Positions 25,447 through 32,000 of a stretch of 32,000 nt of DNA are shown here, one piece after another. Made by a program: the position numbers and the translations under genes. Below the pieces are notes generated by a model. That model saw nothing but the letters and a program-made list of their open reading frames with translations. It was not told the origin of the DNA and made no database searches. The DNA is taken from the NCBI GenBank assembly GCA_030149205.1, contig JASBSB010000007.1, positions 300,001 to 332,000 of the forward strand, read 5' to 3'. Source of the DNA: Candidatus Heimdallarchaeota archaeon (lineage in GTDB: Archaea > Asgardarchaeota > Heimdallarchaeia > Heimdallarchaeales > Kariarchaeaceae). Within the stretch, counting starts at the first letter, position 1, and each line of letters opens with the position of its first letter.

Positions 25447-26865
25447 GTGATACTGCAACTTCTCAGAGACTACGGATATACCATCACAGTCGATGAGGCT
25501 ATCGAGATCTACAGATCAACAGCCATGTGCAGCACACCAGATGAGATCAAGACAGCCATAAAAACCATTATCTCAAAAAACAAGGAGGAGTTCGTGATGT
25601 TCGACGAGATTTTCGAACAGGTACTTGCAAAACAGAGGAACTGGCTCCAAGAGCTAAACAATGAGCTGGTGGAGATAAACAGAGGGTACATCCCACACGA
25701 ACTCACCCATCCTGATATGGAGCTGCTCCAGGCAAATCCAAGCTGCCCCCAACCCATTGGAGGAATCGCTGTCGGGGCTGGGACAGGACTGGCTACCATA
25801 ACTGGACTTGTCGACCCAGAATCTCTGCTCCAATTCCAATCCAACTATAAGCAGGTATTCAAAAAACTCATGACAGAGGGAGTCTCAGCAGCAGCAGATA
25901 CAATCGTAAACAGGTATCTCACCGCATTTGCGACCAACTTTCAGGAGATTTTCAAAACCAAGGAAAAGATCCTCGATCATGTTGCTCAGGTGTTGAATCA
26001 GATTAACCCCCTTGTAAAAAGACAGGTCATGGGGCTACTGGAAGAGGAAGTAAATCGACAGCTTGCAGAGGTAATCAGTAAGAATCCAAAGCTGAAGATA
26101 CAAAGCCTGGAAAACCTTGATTTTATGCTTCTACAGGACACTGCTGAGGTTAGGAAACGGCTCTACCTTCTGGGAAAAAAACTGGCATCACAGGTAAAAA
26201 GAAAACAGGTAAAGGGAAAACATAGCATTGATATGAGAAAAACCATCCGGGCAAATCTGCAGAACGGTGGTGTGTTCTTAGATCTGAAGCTGAAGAAGCG
26301 AAGAAAAGAACGACCAAGGTTGATTGTCCTAACAGATGTGTCACCCTCAACTGTCTATGCCACAAGGCTCTTTTTGACAGTGATAGAGGAGATCAAAACA
26401 CTTTTCCAAAATGTACAGTACTTTGAGTTCATAGGAAGTTGCATCAACGTTACCTCAGAGTATAAGGACGGTAGCTCAATAAATGAGAGCATAGAAAACG
26501 CTTTATCTAAATGGTCACTTGTAAACAGTGGGAAACAGAGCAGCAACTATCAGCTTGCTCTTCAACAGTTTTTGCAGGATGAACACCTTAAGCTCACACC
26601 AAGCACGATTGTGATTATGTTGGGTGATCTAAGAGATTGGCTTGGTGGCTGGAGAAATGGGAAACCACTAAGTCTCAACTCGTTTGTTAAAATTAGAGAT
26701 CAAAGTAGGTTGTTCTTTGTGCTAAATCCAGAGTTTCACTCAAATTGGAACACCGGTGACAGCATTGTCTCTCACATTCAAAACTCTGGGATTCAGGTGC
26801 AAGAGGTAACTACCATTTCCCAGTTGGAAGATAGCTTAAAATTTATCCTTTCGGCAGTTTCTTAG
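25447..26865 (+). CDS. VWA domain protein (CoxE-like partner of MoxR)
   Basis: IDMRKTIRANLQNGG, RPRLIVLTDVSPS (MIDAS DxSxS), LGD, LNPE...WNTGDS. Confidence 0.88.
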   Translation: MILQLLRDYGYTITVDEAIEIYRSTAMCSTPDEIKTAIKTIISKNKEEFVMFDEIFEQVLAKQRNWLQELNNELVEINRGYIPHELTHPDMELLQANPSCPQPIGGIAVGAGTGLATITGLVDPESLLQFQSNYKQVFKKLMTEGVSAAADTIVNRYLTAFATNFQEIFKTKEKILDHVAQVLNQINPLVKRQVMGLLEEEVNRQLAEVISKNPKLKIQSLENLDFMLLQDTAEVRKRLYLLGKKLASQVKRKQVKGKHSIDMRKTIRANLQNGGVFLDLKLKKRRKERPRLIVLTDVSPSTVYATRLFLTVIEEIKTLFQNVQYFEFIGSCINVTSEYKDGSSINESIENALSKWSLVNSGKQSSNYQLALQQFLQDEHLKLTPSTIVIMLGDLRDWLGGWRNGKPLSLNSFVKIRDQSRLFFVLNPEFHSNWNTGDSIVSHIQNSGIQVQEVTTISQLEDSLKFILSAVS

Positions 26866-28230
26866 AAAAAAATCAAATTCTGTAATTTTTTCTCTTTGTT
26901 CCTTGATCTAACCTCAAATACAAAGATGTAATATCACATGATGTCTGTTATAAGTACAAAAAAATATTTTATATAAATAAATACATTATTTATAATTGAA
27001 AATATGATATACCTTTCTGATTTTAAATTAAATAATATTTGTAAATATAAAATATGTATGTTATTTTATAAATTTATTTATATTACCAAACAAATATTTG
27101 ACAATTTTGATTACCCAAATATCGAATAACTTTTTCTATTTTGCGAATAGAAGACACTATTCCAATGATTAAACTTGTCAATAATTACTGTTCAAAATTA
27201 ATTAAGTATATCTTAAAATTCATTATAATTTTCTAAATTTCTTAGTAAATTTATATTTTTATGCTTTAATTTTAATTTAATGTTTTAAGTTATAAATAAT
27301 TGTAACCCAAATTTTCTTTTGTTTTAATTTTTAAAATATAGTTTTTAAAAATCGTAGATAGTAGTTTATTCTAATACTAATTGATTAATTTATGTAATTA
27401 TCAAGAATAATTGCGATTTACTTTTATTAGCCTTGTGACCCTCGAAATATAGTGGTATTCTAAGTAATTTTAAATTTATTTGAAATATATTATTTTTGGA
27501 CAATAGCTGAATTATAAATATTTTATAATTCTCAAAAATTGAGAATATTGCACTAATATTAACATACAGTGAAAACTTATTTTTTTTAATGTTTATTATT
27601 TTATGAATATATTCAGTTTTTGTTTTGTTAAATCGGAAATAATAAAGTATTACTTTGTTATGCTTTGTATAAAAATCTCTGATTTTGCTTTGTTTGATTG
27701 TTACCCAATTCATAGATCTTGATTCAAAGGAAATATTGTGCGTGTTAATTTAAATGTTTGTTAGTTGTATTAGTTAATTGGGTAACTATTCAACATGGAG
27801 AGGTTTCCATCTTTTTTATTATTATTTACTACTGTAATAAACAAGTGTATTTTTTAATTTCTATCCGTATATTCTTTAAGTAGTCATATTTTCATATTTT
27901 CACATGTAAATATTTTATTGTCGGTATTAAGTTAGGGTGTTATTTAGTAGAATTTTAATTCTGTTAAAGAACATAAAAATTAGAGATTTCATTAAATAAA
28001 TAATCCATCATTAGGTTAAATTATTGATATGTTCCTAACTAACTTTCTTATTCATTAAGTGCTTGTGAAATTTTCATCATGCACATGATGGTCCAATACC
28101 TTTCCAATTTTTGAAAAGCTTTTTCTCTCAATAAAAATTAGCAGAACAAATTTCATTTTCTTACTTGACTATTTAATTAATAATGTATTTTTATAAAACA
28201 TAGATGCGTAATAGAAACTTCTAAGAATAA

Positions 28231-29769
28231 ATGATTTTGTCAGTGGGTATGCTTGGAAATCGCAAGATATTGTTCACATTAGTAACTATCTTTTTGTTTG
28301 CTTTCATTTTCTTTCTCTATTCATTGTTCCGATATAGTATCTCTTATGGTATTGATGGGCCTTACTATGATATACAGATCCGAAACATTTTGCGAACTGG
28401 ATTCCCAAATTCAAATGACCCACCATTTGTTTATTATTATCTTTTGCCGTTTACCATCATCTTTGGATCTTTTGCAGGGATAAAAATTGGAATGTCACTC
28501 ATAGGTGCACTAACTGTTTTTCCAACCTATTATCTAGTCAAAGACTTGATTGGTTCCAAAAGTCAGTATGTAGATGAGATTGCCTTGGTCAGTTCAGTGT
28601 TGATGGTCTTCAACTGGTTCACCCTGCGCATGATAGAAGATTTTATGCAGAACTATGCTGGGACAATCTGGTTGCTCTTGTTTATGATTGCGATCTCACG
28701 CTGGTTTGAGACCAATCAGAGAAGGTATGCCTATTTGACAGCAGTTTCATTGGCATTAGCATTTCTTACGCATCTTTATATCGCTTCTCTGATAGCAGTT
28801 CTCCTTGTCTCTGCAATAGTCGCTCGACTGATTTTCAACTATCGAACAGGCAGCAAAGAGGATGTGATGGGTCAGGTGAAGATTATGGGGGTTCTCATAC
28901 TGGCTGTTGCAGTGCTTGTGTTCCTAGTAGCGTTGATTATTCCTTCAACACTCAGTACATTCTCAAAGGTCATCAGTTTTCTTTCTGTTCTTGGCCAGGC
29001 AGATTCCAGAAGCAGCTCCTTTTTGGTGTTTCTCTCACTGCCCTTTGTTGTAGGTCTCTATGCATCAATTGTAGAAGTGAAGGATGAGAAAGAATCCGTT
29101 TCCAGATTTGTTGGCGATGTGCAGTTGATCTCAATATCACTGGTCATATTTTTTCTCTCACTTCCAATTCTTCCTTCAAGCTGGACAAGCCGGTTCATTA
29201 TGATGGCTTTTGTCCCTATAACTTTACTGACTGCTTTCAGTGTGGTTTTTGTTGAGGTTAAAATTTCCTCGGCGAAGCGATTGATCTATGGGATTCTTGC
29301 CATATTTCTAATAGCAAGCATCGCAAGTGCTCTTGTCTTCAGTAACAGCATGGGGCCTTCCATCACGGTGCAACAGTATGATGCGCTGGTTCACATAAAG
29401 GCACTTATTCCTGGAACCATTGACCCAAATGGAGTGATGATCAGTTCACAACAGACCCTAAAATATTGGGTTGAGTATGTGCTTGACATGACGGTGGTAT
29501 CAAGTGCAATCAACACCAGCAAACCCTTGTACCGATTGGTCATCACATCGCAGGTCACATCCCCATTCTCTCCCAACAATCCAACAACCCCTCCAATTAT
29601 TCTCCCCTACTCACTTAACTTCCTGTTCCCCACTCAACAGACACCAGGTGGTGGGTCACCCCCAAGTAATCAGCCTCCATCAGGACAGCCTCCTGGTGGC
29701 CAAGGTTCACAACCAGCAACTGGGACATTAATTTACACAGATAGTTATTTCGCAGTCTACAAGGTGTAG
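28231..29769 (+). CDS. Multi-pass membrane protein, GT-C/PMT-like glycosyltransferase, with a Pro/Gly-rich tail
   Basis: GIDGPYY...G.P..DPPF in the first loop, FLTHLY motif, about 11-12 TMs; start may be ATG 28249. Confidence 0.65.
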   Translation: MILSVGMLGNRKILFTLVTIFLFAFIFFLYSLFRYSISYGIDGPYYDIQIRNILRTGFPNSNDPPFVYYYLLPFTIIFGSFAGIKIGMSLIGALTVFPTYYLVKDLIGSKSQYVDEIALVSSVLMVFNWFTLRMIEDFMQNYAGTIWLLLFMIAISRWFETNQRRYAYLTAVSLALAFLTHLYIASLIAVLLVSAIVARLIFNYRTGSKEDVMGQVKIMGVLILAVAVLVFLVALIIPSTLSTFSKVISFLSVLGQADSRSSSFLVFLSLPFVVGLYASIVEVKDEKESVSRFVGDVQLISISLVIFFLSLPILPSSWTSRFIMMAFVPITLLTAFSVVFVEVKISSAKRLIYGILAIFLIASIASALVFSNSMGPSITVQQYDALVHIKALIPGTIDPNGVMISSQQTLKYWVEYVLDMTVVSSAINTSKPLYRLVITSQVTSPFSPNNPTTPPIILPYSLNFLFPTQQTPGGGSPPSNQPPSGQPPGGQGSQPATGTLIYTDSYFAVYKV

Positions 29770-30068
29770 AGAGGCTCCTCCTACAGAAATGTGTGATTCA
29801 CACACTTAGGTATCTAGAAGTGTCCATGAATCAAAGAGCAGCAAATTGGGACGAAAATAAGATAAGCTATTGAATTAAACTTAATTTTTACTTGTAAACT
29901 AATCTCGGTTTTAAGAAATCTTAAAAAATGTAGTGATTGACTATTTATTCATAAATAGATGAATTTATATAGAGAAATTTATTATATATGGTTAATGGCT
30001 CTATTTGATTAATTTAATAACTAAACTTAACAAGTTAGTTCTAGTTCCCTTTATAGCCAGATATTAGG

Positions 30069-30566
30069 GTGTGTTATGCTATGTTAAATTTACCTAAAAT
30101 AAGGAGGTCCATCTATCAAATTATTCTTTCAAATATACTACTTGTACTTAGTTTTTCTATAATCGATTATTTTGTTGGAATTCCATTTACTGATATTTTT
30201 GTGAGTATAGCATTTTCAATTATATCAACAATTTTTTTGATCACTCTTATCTATTCCGTTAAAAATATATGTCAAATAATAGTTGAGAGTGATATTCACC
30301 TATTGAGCAAGCACAAAAGACTAGGAACACTTCTTGCATTGATCTCAGCTTTTCCACTCTTGATGGTTAATATTATTTTTTATCCGTTAATTGCCAATTC
30401 TAATAGTGATGCACTTTTAGCAGCATTCTTATTCCTTTGGATTCCTATTCTATCAATCGGGTTTGCTTTAGAAGCTGGTTTATTGATGATTCTCTCTTTT
30501 TCTCAATTAATCAATTGGGCATACAATTTGAAAAACACAGACATTAACCCTTCGCTGCAACTCTGA
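30069..30566 (+). CDS. Small 4-TM membrane protein, unknown function
   Basis: Four hydrophobic segments; AT-rich codon usage; start codon uncertain. Confidence 0.55.
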   Translation: MCYAMLNLPKIRRSIYQIILSNILLVLSFSIIDYFVGIPFTDIFVSIAFSIISTIFLITLIYSVKNICQIIVESDIHLLSKHKRLGTLLALISAFPLLMVNIIFYPLIANSNSDALLAAFLFLWIPILSIGFALEAGLLMILSFSQLINWAYNLKNTDINPSLQL

Positions 30567-30842
30567 TTAACATCGCTCTTCTATAAAAATTAACAGATTC
30601 TTAGGTTGCTGAATCAACGTGGATCATTTGTCCGAGGAGAAGTTCTCTTCTATCCATTGATACAGCTCATCAAAGCTGCTTCATTGAGGTAAGCATGCCA
30701 AGTTTCCACACGAATCATTTTAACCAAGTACAGTTACCTATAAATTTGAGCCTGATGGAACTCACAGGGGATGAATTAATTTGGGGAATTGCTACCAAGC
30801 CCTCGTAAGATTTTTTAATTTGCAATACAGGTTTAATTAGAA

Positions 30843-32000
30843 ATGGTTTTAGCTGGGCTAGGAACAGTACTATCAATAAAGCTGGGGCAAGAGGTCTCAA
30901 CATCTATCGGTGGGGATCAGGGTATGAAACTGGGAAAGAAGTTTATTAATAAACTGACCAAAAAATTTCTCAAAAGAGAGATTTTCAAAAAAAATGTCTC
31001 GGAGATGTCTGCTGAGGAGCTTGAGGGGCTATTCAGTAACCTATTGGATGACATTGGAAAAGAGTATCTCAACACTATATCTGAGTCGATAGATGAGCAG
31101 AGTGTTCAACTTGGGGGAATTGAAAACTCCATTGTCAGCATCCAAGATGATATTCAATCAATTCTTACTGGTCAGCGAGACCTTTCAACCTATTTCATGA
31201 AGGAGCTGTCAGAAAAAGCCTGGCAACCTGAAAACATTTCCAACCTGTTTGCGGAAATTTCAGAATCTCTGTTCTCAATGAATGAGGAAACAAACACTAA
31301 ACTGCTCAACATCTTTAGTGAGAAACTTGAAACTTTCACTCCACGCTTAGATGCAATCAAGAAGGACACCGAGCAAATACTTCACCTGCTACAAGATGGG
31401 CAGAAACTCTCACAGCAAGACCTCGACTTTCTCAAAGATTCAATCAGGTCACAACTAGAGGGGGACCTAAGCTCAGAAGCTCTTTTCAGGCTCTCAGCGA
31501 AGCATATAGGGTGGGTAACTAGGTCAGAACAGTTTCGTAGCAGGGGAGATGTTTCTTTTGATCAGACCCGTTATGTTTCTCGCTCTAATTTTGCTAATAA
31601 TTTCGAAAGCTTTATGCAGTCAGAACAGCAACTGTTTCTCATCCTGGGGGAGGCAGGTATGGGAAAGACCTGGTTTATGGCATCATTGGCCCTTCTTTAT
31701 GTGAAAAAGGGATACCCCGTATTCTTCATCCGTCTGCGCGAAGGGTTTGAAAACACCTTAGAATCCATCTTTGGCATGCGTGCAAGTGTCTTCGAGCGTG
31801 TGTTAGAAAAAAAGGATCTCACAATTGATCCCCCTCTTTTACTTTTCTTTGATGGCTATGATGAAATCAGATATTTTCGTCAAAAAGAAGATTTTATCAA
31901 TGGATTACTTCTGACCATAAATAACAGAACCAAAAAAACAAAAATTGTTGTCTCCTCAAGGTTTTATGATTGGTTTACCAATCGAGAGACAGCAAGGGGT
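30843..32000 (+). CDS. NACHT/STAND-class P-loop NTPase with an N-terminal helical domain, 3'-truncated by the window edge
   Basis: Hand translation: 386 open codons from ATG 30843 to the end. Walker A GEAGMGKT (31647-31670), Walker B LLLFFDGYDE (DGYDE 31851-31865), then IVVSSR. Not in the ORF track because no stop lies in the window. Confidence 0.85.
   Translation, partial: MVLAGLGTVLSIKLGQEVSTSIGGDQGMKLGKKFINKLTKKFLKREIFKKNVSEMSAEELEGLFSNLLDDIGKEYLNTISESIDEQSVQLGGIENSIVSIQDDIQSILTGQRDLSTYFMKELSEKAWQPENISNLFAEISESLFSMNEETNTKLLNIFSEKLETFTPRLDAIKKDTEQILHLLQDGQKLSQQDLDFLKDSIRSQLEGDLSSEALFRLSAKHIGWVTRSEQFRSRGDVSFDQTRYVSRSNFANNFESFMQSEQQLFLILGEAGMGKTWFMASLALLYVKKGYPVFFIRLREGFENTLESIFGMRASVFERVLEKKDLTIDPPLLLFFDGYDEIRYFRQKEDFINGLLLTINNRTKKTKIVVSSRFYDWFTNRETARG

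Noticed and set aside
27390-27713. 107 aa minus-strand ORF
   Set aside because: K/I/N/F-rich composition expected from AT-rich non-coding DNA; no motif or clear promoter.
26866-28230. Replication origin
   Set aside because: No ORB-like GTTCCAGTGGAAAC/G-string motif and no cdc6/orc1 gene in the window.
29790-29804. TGTGTGA-T-TCACACA palindrome after the GT-C gene as a terminator or operator
   Set aside because: Single short palindrome without a following T-tract or a second copy; insufficient support.
150-30903. Numerous short antisense or overlapping ORFs in the track (e.g. 720-1028, 13835-14320, 25509-25844, 30715-30903)
   Set aside because: Shadow ORFs opposite or within well-supported genes, with no independent motifs.
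1-32000. tRNA/rRNA genes, transposases, integrases
   Set aside because: No cloverleaf or T-loop (GTTCRA) structure, rRNA-like segment, or DDE/tyrosine/serine recombinase motif was recognised by eye; tRNAscan-SE and HMM searches would confirm.

Overview
A 32 kb archaeal genomic window. Archaeal origin rests on BRE/TATA-like AAAGC-TTATATA motifs about 25-30 bp upstream of many ATGs, implying mostly leaderless mRNAs. The gene content (LRR, beta-helix surface protein, SAP domains, STAND NTPase) suggests Asgard/Heimdallarchaeia, but that is inference. No rRNA, tRNA, CRISPR array, integrase or transposase was found. Left part: a 5'-truncated flotillin/SPFH gene, VOC, tandem GNAT, an operon of a DOMON/CBM9-like exported protein plus a Rieske-less cytochrome b, an SDR, and a beta-helix surface protein. 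Next comes a tandem array of four paralogous, unrecognised 3-TM membrane proteins with N-glycosylation sequons, each with its own duplicated promoter. The middle is an accessory/defence-like region. It holds a TIGR04255 / acidic protein / MazF-fold-like three-gene operon with a palindromic operator, an LRR protein, and a tandem-SAP + SNF2 gene between a displaced dinB 3' end and an intact dinB (integration-like geometry). It also holds a beta-class DNA MTase, a wHTH gene, and a two-gene operon whose Zn-finger/Mrr-like nuclease is split by a -1 frameshift at an A10 tract. Right part: a MoxR/VWA pair, a 1.36 kb AT-rich gap, a GT-C-like membrane protein, a 4-TM protein and a 3'-truncated NACHT/STAND NTPase that is absent from the ORF track.
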